DNA of 64,000 nt from Alphaproteobacteria bacterium (GTDB lineage: Bacteria > Pseudomonadota > Alphaproteobacteria > RF32 > CAG-239), in the NCBI GenBank assembly GCA_017939155.1, contig JAGAZZ010000044.1:7756-71755 (forward strand), in the 5' to 3' direction. How positions within the stretch are numbered: position 1 is the first letter of the stretch; every line of letters starts with the position of its first letter. The notes beneath the pieces were generated by a model. That model was given only the letters and a program-made list of their open reading frames with translations, searched no databases and was not told the DNA's origin. The position numbers were made by a program, and so were the translations under genes. Below, one piece after another: positions 1-8,216 of the stretch.

Positions 1-214
1 ACCACAGCAAGATGGTGCGACATATTGACTGAAAATAAGCGTATTTTGCCGCCTTCCAGCCATAATAAAACAGAGCCTTCAGGCGTGCAAATGTATCGTC
101 TTTACACAGACGCTTGCTGAGAGGTTACCACACCTCAGGGCAGAACTCCTGCCCATGCCAACAAGCTTATAAGATTAATGTAAAAAGTAAAGCTGTTTTT
201 GTAGAAAATAAAAT

Positions 215-245
215 AAAAAAAGCGCCAGACCCGAAAGCCTGACGC
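215..245 (-). terminator. Rho-independent terminator after fabG
   Basis: On the minus strand, GCGTCAGGC/GTCTGGCGC forms a 9-bp stem (two G-U pairs) with a 6-nt loop, followed by TTTTTTT. It lies about 20 nt after the fabG stop. Confidence 0.6.
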
Positions 246-266
246 CCAAAAGCTTAAAATAAAGCC

Positions 267-1004
267 TTAAATCATAGCCATACCACCATTAACGTGCAGT
301 GTCTGACCGGTAATATACTGAGCTTCGTCAGAAGACAAGAAAGCAACGGCATTAGCAATATCTTGTGCTTCGCCGAGTTTGCCTTCCGGAATTTTGCTCA
401 AAAGTTGTGCTTTGACATCATCCGGCAAAACATCAGTCATCGGTGTTCTGATAAAGCCCGGAGCAATGGAGTTAACCGTAACACCGCGAGAGCCGACTTC
501 TTGTGCTAAACATTTGTTCATTGCAATCATACCGGCTTTGGAAGCAGAGTAGTTAGCTTGTCCGGCATTACCCATAACGCCAACAACCGAAGCAATACCG
601 ATAATACGACCATATCTTCTTTTCATCATACCGCGAACAGCCGCCTTAGCAAGTTTGAAACCGGCAGAAAGGTTAACGTCTAACACGAGCTGCCAATCTT
701 CATCGCTCATGCGCATAAACAAGTTGTCGCGTGTCAAACCGGCATTGTTAACCAAAATGTCGATGCGTCCCATTTTTTCTTCAACGGATTTAACCAGATT
801 GTTAACATCATCAGAGTTTGTCAAATTAGCAACAAAGCATTCAACTCTTGAACCGAGTTCAGCTTTAAGCTTTTCCATCGGTTCTGCGCGCATATCAGTC
901 AAAGCGAGCGTAGCCCCTTGGGCGTGCAATGTGCGGGCAATTTTGTCTCCCAAACCGCCGGCAGCGCCGGTGATTAATGCAATTTTACCATCTAAATTAA
1001 ACAT
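267..1004 (-). CDS. fabG: 3-oxoacyl-ACP reductase (SDR family)
   Basis: 245-aa ORF with the TGAAGGLG Rossmann motif and the NYSASK (YxxxK) catalytic motif. It sits directly downstream of fabD. Confidence 0.95.
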   Translation of the reverse strand: MFNLDGKIALITGAAGGLGDKIARTLHAQGATLALTDMRAEPMEKLKAELGSRVECFVANLTNSDDVNNLVKSVEEKMGRIDILVNNAGLTRDNLFMRMSDEDWQLVLDVNLSAGFKLAKAAVRGMMKRRYGRIIGIASVVGVMGNAGQANYSASKAGMIAMNKCLAQEVGSRGVTVNSIAPGFIRTPMTDVLPDDVKAQLLSKIPEGKLGEAQDIANAVAFLSSDEAQYITGQTLHVNGGMAMI

Positions 1005-1026
1005 ATTTAGTATCCTTTTCTAAAAG

Positions 1027-1971
1027 TTATAAATTTTTCGCCAGGTCTTCAATATCTTGAACGGAATAAACGGAAGCGGAATTAACCTCTTTCAAACTCC
1101 TTTTGGCTATGCCGGAGAGAACTTTTCCCGCACCGAGTTCGATAATATCTGTCACGCCGTTTTCCTTAAAAAACGCCATCGTTTCTCTCCATCTCACGGT
1201 GCCGGTAACTTGCTCAATCAAGTTTTTGATGATTTCTTTTTTCTCTGTTTCAGGTGTCGCCAAAACATTGGCAACAATCGGAATAAGTGCATTATTCGCC
1301 TGAACTTCCATAAAGGCGCGCGCCATCGTTTCTGCCGCCGGTTGCATTAACGGGCTGTGAAACGGTGCGGAAACCGGAAGCTTTAAACATCTTTTAGCGC
1401 CAAATTCCGCGGCAATCTCAACTGCTTTTTCAATTGCCTGAATATGACCGGATAAAACAACTTGTCCTTCCGAGTTATCATTTGCAGCCACGCAATAATG
1501 TTTAGAATCGTTACAAGCTTCAACCAAAGCGCCGACATCATTATAAGAAAGCCCTAAAACAGCGGCCATTCCCCCAACGCCGACCGGAACAGCCTGTTGC
1601 ATAGCGTTGCCTCTGATTCGCAAAAGCTTTGCCGTATCAGCAAGCGAGAAAACGCCTGCCGCACACGCCGCCGAATATTCACCCAAAGAGTGTCCCGCAA
1701 CGTATGCCGCTTTGTCTTTAAGTTGAACTCCAAATTCCTTTTCTAAAACCCTGACAACCGCCATTGAAACAGCCATCAACGCCGGCTGGGTATTTGCGGT
1801 CATCGTCAAGTCAAGGTCAGGACCCTCAGTCATGATTTTGTATAAATCTTGCCCGAGAGCGTCGTTAACTTCATTAAAAACTTCTTTAGCGGAATTAAAA
1901 TTCTCCGCCAATTCTTTTCCCATGCCGACAAATTGAGAACCTTGCCCCGGAAAAACAAATGCATACTTCAT
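1027..1971 (-). CDS. fabD: malonyl-CoA:ACP transacylase
   Basis: Carries the FPGQGSQ and GHSLGE motifs. I moved the start to the ATG at 1971 (MKYAFVFPGQGSQ), which is preceded by GGAG. The 23-aa N-terminal extension in the ORF track looks spurious. Confidence 0.95.
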   Translation of the reverse strand: MKYAFVFPGQGSQFVGMGKELAENFNSAKEVFNEVNDALGQDLYKIMTEGPDLDLTMTANTQPALMAVSMAVVRVLEKEFGVQLKDKAAYVAGHSLGEYSAACAAGVFSLADTAKLLRIRGNAMQQAVPVGVGGMAAVLGLSYNDVGALVEACNDSKHYCVAANDNSEGQVVLSGHIQAIEKAVEIAAEFGAKRCLKLPVSAPFHSPLMQPAAETMARAFMEVQANNALIPIVANVLATPETEKKEIIKNLIEQVTGTVRWRETMAFFKENGVTDIIELGAGKVLSGIAKRSLKEVNSASVYSVQDIEDLAKNL

Positions 1972-2167
1972 TATTAGTAAACTCCAATCACAAATAATCT
2001 TAAAGAGCAGGCTAAATGACTTCAGCCGAAAGTCAAGCACTAAATGCCTGCCGTGTGCATAGCTTGATAGGCAAAAGTATTATGCCGATAAATGTTTTTG
2101 TTAATCTTTTGTTTAAAAATTGCCATTAAAATCACCTAAAAATCTATAATGTCTGATTGGAGCAGCA

Positions 2168-4522
2168 ATGGCTAAAAAAACGAAAAAAAAAGAACCCAAA
2201 ACCGAAGAAAATAAAAGTTTTATCGCAAAATTGCCCGGCATCGCCTCAGGGCTTGTCCTAATCGGCTTTTGTATAAGCCTTGTCTTGTCTTTTATCGGCT
2301 ATAATCCGGCAGACGAATCCTTTAACGTGTCAAATTCGGATAAAATCAGTAATTTTATGGGGCGTTTCGGCTCATATAGTGCGGATTTTATTGTTAACAG
2401 TTTTGGTTTGGCTATTTTTGTTTTTCTCATTCCGGTTATGATATGGGGCTATCTATTAATCAAACATCAGAAAATTCTTGAATTTTCTATTCGTGTTGTT
2501 GCCGTGTTTGTGGGGATAATTTCGCTCTCGGGAGTGTTTTATCAAACTCTGTCTGCGTCTTTGGAATCCTTAAATTTATCTGGAAAATTCAGCCGCCTTT
2601 TGCCCGAAGCCTTGATTAAGTTATTTAAAAGCTGGCGTTTTAACGGTTATGAAAATATGGCGGCGCTTTGTTTACAGCTTCTTGTTGCCGTTATGTCGTT
2701 TAATCTTGCCGCGGGCATCACTTTTAAACAATGGGGCAAAGCCCTCAAGGCGCTAAGCCTCGGAATTTATGTCTCCTTAAAGCATATTGCCTTTTTTATC
2801 AGTCGGTTATGCAAACCTCGTTCATTAACAGATGAGAATTTTGCCCAGTCGGTATCTTCAAAAGAAACAATGCGCAAAGAACCGTCTTTGACCGCAACCG
2901 AAGAAGCCCCGGAAGCAGAATCTGTAGCCAAAGAACCTGTAACCGAAAAGAACATTAAACCGGAAAAGACCGCCAAAGTTATCCCTATGCCGAAAGCAAA
3001 AGCTAAAGACAATAACGGTTATCAATATCCCGATATTAACCTCTTAAGCCGTCCGAAAGAAAAAATCGGCTTTAGTATCAGTGAAAAGGAACAACAGGAA
3101 ATAGCCCGCGCGTTGGAAGGCGTGTTGGAGGAGTTTGGCGTACACGGGCAAATTGTAAAAATACGCCCCGGACCGGTTGTCACATTGTTTGAATTAGAAC
3201 CGGCCCCGGGGACAAAAACTTCCCGCGTCATCAGTTTAGCTGATGACATCGCCCGCTCAATGTCTGCTGTTTCCGTGCGTATTGCCGTAGTGCCGGGGTC
3301 AAATACCATCGGTATAGAAATCCCGAACAGCAAGCGGGAGATTGTATGGTTGCGCGACCTCTTGGAAGATGTTAATTTCCAAGACAGCAAAAATGCCCTA
3401 AATGTCGTCTTAGGTAAAGACATCGGCGGCAAAAATATCTATGCCGATTTAGCCAAAATGCCGCACTTGCTGGTTGCCGGTACCACCGGTTCCGGTAAAT
3501 CCGTTGGTGTAAACGCTATGATTTTGTCTTTGCTATACAGAATGACGCCGGAAGAATGTAAGTTTATTTTGATTGACCCGAAGATGCTTGAATTTTCAAT
3601 GTATAATGGTATTCCGCACCTCTTAACGCCGGTCATAACCGACCCGGCAAAAGCCGTCATCGGGTTAAAATGGGCAGTCCGCGAGATGGAAGAACGCTAT
3701 CGGGCAATGGCTTGCTTGTCTGTCCGCAATATCAATGGCTATAATTTAAAACTTAAAGAACTGCGTGAAAAAGGCGAAACACCCAAACGCACCATACAAG
3801 TAGGGTTTGACCCGGAAACCGGCAAGCCGAAATACGAAGAACAGCTTTTAGACACAACCCCGCTTCCTTACATCGTTATCGTCGTTGATGAAATGGCAGA
3901 CTTAATGCTTGTTGCCGGCAAAGAGGTTGAAGCCGCAATCCAACGCTTGGCGCAAATGGCGCGTGCGGCGGGGATTCACTTGATTATGTCAACCCAACGT
4001 CCGTCGGTTGATGTCATCACCGGTACGATTAAATCCAACTTCCCGACCCGTATCAGCTTCCAAGTCACTTCAAAAATTGACAGCCGCACCATTTTAGGCG
4101 AGCAGGGTGCAGAACAGCTTTTAGGCAAAGGCGATATGCTTTATATGCCGGCAGGGTTGCGCCCGCAACGTATCCATGCGGGCTTTGTCAAGGATGAAGA
4201 AGTAGAAGGTGTTGTTGAGTTCATCAAATCACAACGTCAGCCAGAATATGTCGAAGCTGTGACCGAAGGTGAACTTGAGATGAAAAACAAAGACGCCGGA
4301 ACCCTATTTGATAAAACCGCCATGGGCGCTTCCACCAACAGCAAGGATGACCTTTATGAGCAGGCGGTAAGTATTGTTCGTAATGATAAAAAAGCCTCCA
4401 CAAGCTATATCCAGCGCCGCTTGGGTATTGGTTATAACAAAGCCGCCTCATTAATTGAGCGTATGGAAAACGAAGGCATAATCACACCGGCAGACCACGT
4501 CGGCCGCCGCGAGGTTATATAA
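2168..4522 (+). CDS. ftsK: DNA translocase FtsK
   Basis: 784 aa with N-terminal TM helices and a low-complexity linker. The FtsK/SpoIIIE motor has Walker A GTTGSGKS, followed by a C-terminal gamma winged-helix (YIQRRLGIGYNKAA). Confidence 0.95.
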   Translation: MAKKTKKKEPKTEENKSFIAKLPGIASGLVLIGFCISLVLSFIGYNPADESFNVSNSDKISNFMGRFGSYSADFIVNSFGLAIFVFLIPVMIWGYLLIKHQKILEFSIRVVAVFVGIISLSGVFYQTLSASLESLNLSGKFSRLLPEALIKLFKSWRFNGYENMAALCLQLLVAVMSFNLAAGITFKQWGKALKALSLGIYVSLKHIAFFISRLCKPRSLTDENFAQSVSSKETMRKEPSLTATEEAPEAESVAKEPVTEKNIKPEKTAKVIPMPKAKAKDNNGYQYPDINLLSRPKEKIGFSISEKEQQEIARALEGVLEEFGVHGQIVKIRPGPVVTLFELEPAPGTKTSRVISLADDIARSMSAVSVRIAVVPGSNTIGIEIPNSKREIVWLRDLLEDVNFQDSKNALNVVLGKDIGGKNIYADLAKMPHLLVAGTTGSGKSVGVNAMILSLLYRMTPEECKFILIDPKMLEFSMYNGIPHLLTPVITDPAKAVIGLKWAVREMEERYRAMACLSVRNINGYNLKLKELREKGETPKRTIQVGFDPETGKPKYEEQLLDTTPLPYIVIVVDEMADLMLVAGKEVEAAIQRLAQMARAAGIHLIMSTQRPSVDVITGTIKSNFPTRISFQVTSKIDSRTILGEQGAEQLLGKGDMLYMPAGLRPQRIHAGFVKDEEVEGVVEFIKSQRQPEYVEAVTEGELEMKNKDAGTLFDKTAMGASTNSKDDLYEQAVSIVRNDKKASTSYIQRRLGIGYNKAASLIERMENEGIITPADHVGRREVI

Positions 4523-4805
4523 TCCATAACCTATGCGAAGCATTCCGTATCCTGCAAATTTTTAACTTGACTTTAACCGCCTCAGTCCCTAAAACAATCA
4601 AAGGGCGATGTAAAAAACACCGCCCCCTGTTCATCTATCGTTTGATAGATAAGAACAATCGGAATTTCCGAATACGGCCGCAAGAAAAAGTGCTATAATG
4701 CACTTTTTATAAGGAGACGCAATGAGACTTATTGAGCGAGGAAAGTGAAAACGACCGAAGCGAAATTTAGTCGGAATTGAATAATTCTTATTTTCATTAT
4801 TTTTG

Positions 4806-4826
4806 CCTTTCAATAATATTGAAAGG
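4806..4826. repeat. perfect 21-bp palindrome CCTTTCAATA-A-TATTGAAAGG
   Basis: Read directly from the sequence. It lies about 20 bp upstream of a TTGACA hexamer (4848-4853) in a non-coding gap. Confidence 0.7.
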
Positions 4827-5050
4827 GGAAAAACCTACATATATATCTTGACAAACAAAATATAATATGCTATCCTCAACTCAAGAAATGAGTAAAAGAT
4901 TAGGTTTTACCCCTTTCGATGGTTGAGTAAATGTCGGTGTTAGCGCACCGGCATAAATTTTATACAAAAAACGATTCGAAAAGTCAAACAAAATTCAGCC
5001 CAAACAAATAACTCATCAAAGCACACAAATTCCAACAAAGCAACGTTTCA

Positions 5051-5230
5051 CGTTTAGTTATGGATTGCTTCAGTAGGTTGCGCTCACGCGCCGACTTCGC
5101 AATGACTCCCTGAAAGACAGGCTTCCCCCACCCCGCGTCATTGCCCCTTAACGCAAACGCCCCTCTCCCCGTGTCATTGCGAGCCCCGCGACGTCAGTCG
5201 CACGAGGGCGCGGCAATCCATAACTAAACG
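5051..5230. repeat. 180-bp GC-rich unit bounded by a perfect 18-bp inverted repeat
   Basis: CGTTTAGTTATGGATTGC at 5051-5068 is the exact reverse complement of 5213-5230. The interior holds GTCATTGC at 5137-5144 and 5173-5180, and its inverse GCAATGAC at 5099-5106. Confidence 0.8.
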
Positions 5231-5271
5231 CGTTAGCGTTGCCTTATCTTTCCGTAGTGGTACAAACTTCT

Positions 5272-5313
5272 CTTAGTGTTGCAAGCGAGCATAGCGAACA
5301 CAGCAACACTTAG
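5272..5313. repeat. palindromic unit AGTGTTGC...GCAACACT (copy 1)
   Basis: An 8-bp perfect stem is followed by ...CGCGCAAG. A second copy with the same arms and tail lies at 5559-5590. Confidence 0.7.
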
Positions 5314-5449
5314 TTGTTCGCGCAAGTAGAAAGGCAACGCCTTTCGTAGCGGCGCAATCCATAACTTGTGCGAAGCACGCCAAGGGCTTGAAAAGTGCAA
5401 TGCTAGAGGTAAATTCCCGACTGCAGTGTACATAAAGGGCGCAAAGACG

Positions 5450-5476
5450 CAAAAACAGTCCGGTGGACTGTTTTTG
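5450..5476. terminator. perfect 12-bp stem / 3-nt loop hairpin (CAAAAACAGTCC-GGT-GGACTGTTTTTG)
   Basis: Read directly. A-rich and T-rich ends give it a bidirectional terminator-like shape. No adjacent gene is assigned. Confidence 0.4.
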
Positions 5477-5558
5477 CCAAGCGCTATAGCAGTTGTTGGT
5501 GCGCGACTTGCCGGAAACAGCAACCAAGCAAACCTTACAACTGGCTTGACCACAGCAA

Positions 5559-5590
5559 GTTAGTGTTGCAAAGCAACACTTACGCGCAAG
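5559..5590. repeat. palindromic unit AGTGTTGC-AAA-GCAACACT (copy 2)
   Basis: Has the same 8-bp arms and the CGCGCAAG tail seen at 5272-5330. Confidence 0.7.
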
Positions 5591-5757
5591 AAGAATTTGC
5601 CTCTATGATTGTGCTTTATCAAGCCCCCTAGGGGTGGGATAATTTGCGAAATAGCCGCGGATGTCCTCCTAGGAACACGAGCGTACATAGACGTACGTGA
5701 CGTTCCGAAGAGAGGCTTCCATCCACGAGCAAGTATCACAAATTAGCACACCCCACA

Positions 5758-7107
5758 CTACGCTCGCCAGGTTTTCATCACTTTATCAATACTATTATTA
5801 ATAATAGTTATCTCCTGGTGCAATTTCTTTGTTTCATAAATTTTTAAAGCAGATTGATAATAGTCGATAGCTTCTGCAAAGGCCATTTTATCACGGCTGT
5901 TTTTACCGATGTTATAATAAACATTGGCGATATTTTCCTGAATCTTCGCCCACATAACCGGATATAGTTCTTTGCGATAAACCTGTTGCTTATTCTTATA
6001 GCTTTTAATCGCTAACATCGAAATATCATTACTCTTGGAAAAAAGCCCCAAAAGGGATAAATAAAATCCCAAATATCCCTCAATTTTAGACCATAATTCC
6101 GGAAAAGAAATTTGCGTATAAGTTTTTTCCGCTTCTCTTAAAAAGTAAACCGCGTCACGTAGCGCCTGAATATCATTGCTGAATTTCCAATACCGAAAAT
6201 AAAGTTGTGACAGTTTAAATGAAATGAGAGCAAAATCGTACGGATAATTATAATGGTCAAGGTGCTTCTGGGCTAAGCGATAGTTTGTAATAGCCTCACG
6301 AAATAACACCCAATATCCGTCTAAATCCTGCTTTAGAGCGTGCTCATAAAGCTGCCCCAAATTTTTATAAATCAATCCTAAATAAACATTTTGCGCAATT
6401 TGGCTTTTGTACGAAAGCGCGTTGTTAAACAACTCTTTTATCGTGTTAAAAGTCTTTTTGCTAAGCTCTCTTTGTACGTAACTCAAATAGATAAGCCCGG
6501 TGGCGTTCATCACAAAAGGCGAAAGCATGAGCTCATCTTGGTTCTTGGCATCGCCATTATTAAATTTTGCGATGACCGTTTTCAAAAGTTTGAGTTTTAA
6601 ATGTCTTAAATCGATTCGCTGCTCGCTGATGGCGGCAGCCGTCATCCCAATAATCAAATTTTCTAAAACTTCAGGGAAAAAGTTAATATGTTCAAAATAT
6701 TGAGCCGGAATATACAAGCTCTCCAAAATGGAGGAAGACACATTTTCCCAGTCAAAATAAGCGTTTGCTGTCTGAAAGTTGAGCCTGATTTTATCATTTT
6801 CCTGATACCCCCAAACAATCACATCCGCGTTAAGCTTTTGCAGAATAGTGTTGCCCGTATCAATTAAACCGAAAAAGTTTCTTCCCTGTAAATTCAAAAA
6901 ACTCTTGTCAAAAGGTTCGTCAAAATAGCGAACGTTAAAATAAGGATATTTTCCTAAAAGCTGAGCCATCTTTTGCCCAAAGCCATAGTTCCCGTACTCG
7001 GCAAATTCTACCACAACAATTTTAAGCGTTTCAACCTTGGGCAACAAACGCTTGTCCATACCATTTTTTCCAAATAAGACTTTTATAAAATTTGCCATCA
7101 GCGTCAT
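5758..7107 (-). CDS. hypothetical protein, C-terminal half made of TPR-like helical repeats
   Basis: 449-aa ORF in an operon-like position after 7119-8171. The C-terminal region has repeated aromatic/Ala/Leu helix-pair patterns (AxxxY..A..YY..AL). AAGGA spacing favours a start at the 4th codon (7098). Confidence 0.6.
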   Translation of the reverse strand: MTLMANFIKVLFGKNGMDKRLLPKVETLKIVVVEFAEYGNYGFGQKMAQLLGKYPYFNVRYFDEPFDKSFLNLQGRNFFGLIDTGNTILQKLNADVIVWGYQENDKIRLNFQTANAYFDWENVSSSILESLYIPAQYFEHINFFPEVLENLIIGMTAAAISEQRIDLRHLKLKLLKTVIAKFNNGDAKNQDELMLSPFVMNATGLIYLSYVQRELSKKTFNTIKELFNNALSYKSQIAQNVYLGLIYKNLGQLYEHALKQDLDGYWVLFREAITNYRLAQKHLDHYNYPYDFALISFKLSQLYFRYWKFSNDIQALRDAVYFLREAEKTYTQISFPELWSKIEGYLGFYLSLLGLFSKSNDISMLAIKSYKNKQQVYRKELYPVMWAKIQENIANVYYNIGKNSRDKMAFAEAIDYYQSALKIYETKKLHQEITIINNSIDKVMKTWRA

Positions 7108-7118
7108 CCTTAACTATG

Positions 7119-8171
7119 CTATTTTTTATCAGTCTTGTTCTTTTTCTTAAATAAAAATCTTGCAACGGTTTTTATCAGCGATAAAAACTCTTGGGGTTTG
7201 GTATCTCCTGATAAAATTGATAAAAACCACACATCAAGTGCCGCGGCAAAAAACGGTACGGCAAAACGCTCGCTTGCGGCAATCTGCATAACCGCCAACA
7301 CCAGATTAATAAACAATATCTTAAAAACGCCATACACAACGCCTTTTTCATAAGCTCCGTTGTTCGAGATTTTATAATAAGCGGTATTCATAAACGCCAT
7401 ATCAATGTTTCGTCTTAAAATAAACCGCTCATAAAAAGCTCTTCCCGTTTCAACCATCAAAAAGGCAACCGCGATAAACATTGAAGATTCGGCATATTCA
7501 TTTGCCCCGTTTAGCATAAAACAGCCCATCACAAAACCAAGGCTTGAAAAAGCCCCATCGCTCATAACAATCTTTTCCGGCGGAAAACTGAAAAAAGCAA
7601 ACGCCAACATCGTCCCGAAATAAGCCGCCGCAATAACCCCCAAAAGGTTAGGAAGCGCATTAAAATATACAAGGGCAATAACAACCGCCATAACCGTTAA
7701 AAACTGCATGGAAGCAATACCGCCTAAACCGTTTAATAATCCGAGACCCTTGGAAATAACAAAAATAATCAAAGCAACTGCAAATTTATCCTCTAAAGGG
7801 GTTAAATGCGGTGCAAACAAAGAAAACTCATCCGGTTGCATAAAACTGATAGCCAAAGCCGCCGCAAATGTAACAAGGCTTGTGACCCATTCAACATCTA
7901 AGAGATACGCGCCATATATGATAAAGGCAAAAATAAACGGTAGCGCAAAATCAACCCAACTGTATGTTTTAATCATATCAGAAAACGTCGGACACAAAAA
8001 ATAAGCTCCGAGCCCCCCGACAAACATAATTCCTATGACATACCAAAAAGGGTCAAGCGCAAACTCATACTCTTCAGGAAAAACATCTGTTTGCAATCTG
8101 CTCAAAAAAAACGTTGCCACTGTAAAACAAATGAGCATTGCTCCAATGCCAATCATCAAAATATCGCTCAT
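7119..8171 (-). CDS. polytopic membrane protein, divergent MraY/WecA (GT4) family-like
   Basis: About 10 TM segments. FPPEKIVMSDGAFSSLGF resembles the WecA motif F-PA-IFMGDxGSxxLGF. LLNGLGGIAS occupies the position of NxxDGxDGLA but lacks both Asp residues. The SD is AAAGGAGGG. Confidence 0.55.
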   Translation of the reverse strand: MSDILMIGIGAMLICFTVATFFLSRLQTDVFPEEYEFALDPFWYVIGIMFVGGLGAYFLCPTFSDMIKTYSWVDFALPFIFAFIIYGAYLLDVEWVTSLVTFAAALAISFMQPDEFSLFAPHLTPLEDKFAVALIIFVISKGLGLLNGLGGIASMQFLTVMAVVIALVYFNALPNLLGVIAAAYFGTMLAFAFFSFPPEKIVMSDGAFSSLGFVMGCFMLNGANEYAESSMFIAVAFLMVETGRAFYERFILRRNIDMAFMNTAYYKISNNGAYEKGVVYGVFKILFINLVLAVMQIAASERFAVPFFAAALDVWFLSILSGDTKPQEFLSLIKTVARFLFKKKNKTDKK

Positions 8172-8216
8172 AAACCCTCCTTTAATGGTATTTAATCAAA
8201 TCATAACACAACTTTA

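Noticed and set aside
1-214. acpP expected downstream of fabD-fabG
   Set aside because: There is no acyl-carrier-protein-like ORF (DSLD motif) on either strand. fabG is followed by a terminator, and only a 21-codon fragment without an SD runs off the window edge.
4848-4866. A textbook TTGACA ... TATAAT pair in the non-coding gap
   Set aside because: The hexamers are only 7 nt apart, which is incompatible with sigma70 spacing. Only the weaker TATCCT at 17 nt could serve as a -10, so I did not call a confident promoter.
5051-5230. The 18-bp inverted-repeat unit as an IS element or MITE
   Set aside because: It carries no transposase ORF and I could find no flanking direct target-site duplication. 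I kept it as a repeat of unknown nature rather than a mobile element call.
5233-5563. Three overlapping ORFs of 65-106 aa on both strands (5233-5553, 5273-5527, 5366-5563)
   Set aside because: They overlap one another in a GC-rich palindromic repeat field, have no SD and are low-complexity. They are best explained as stop-codon-poor shadows of the repeats, not genes.
4523-5757. Possible tmRNA, SRP RNA, RNase P RNA or tRNA in the large gap
   Set aside because: I found no T-loop GGTTCGA-type motif, no CCA-ending acceptor, no GGAAGCAGCC-type SRP motif and no GAGGAAAGTCC RNase P motif by eye. A covariance-model scan would be needed to exclude them fully.
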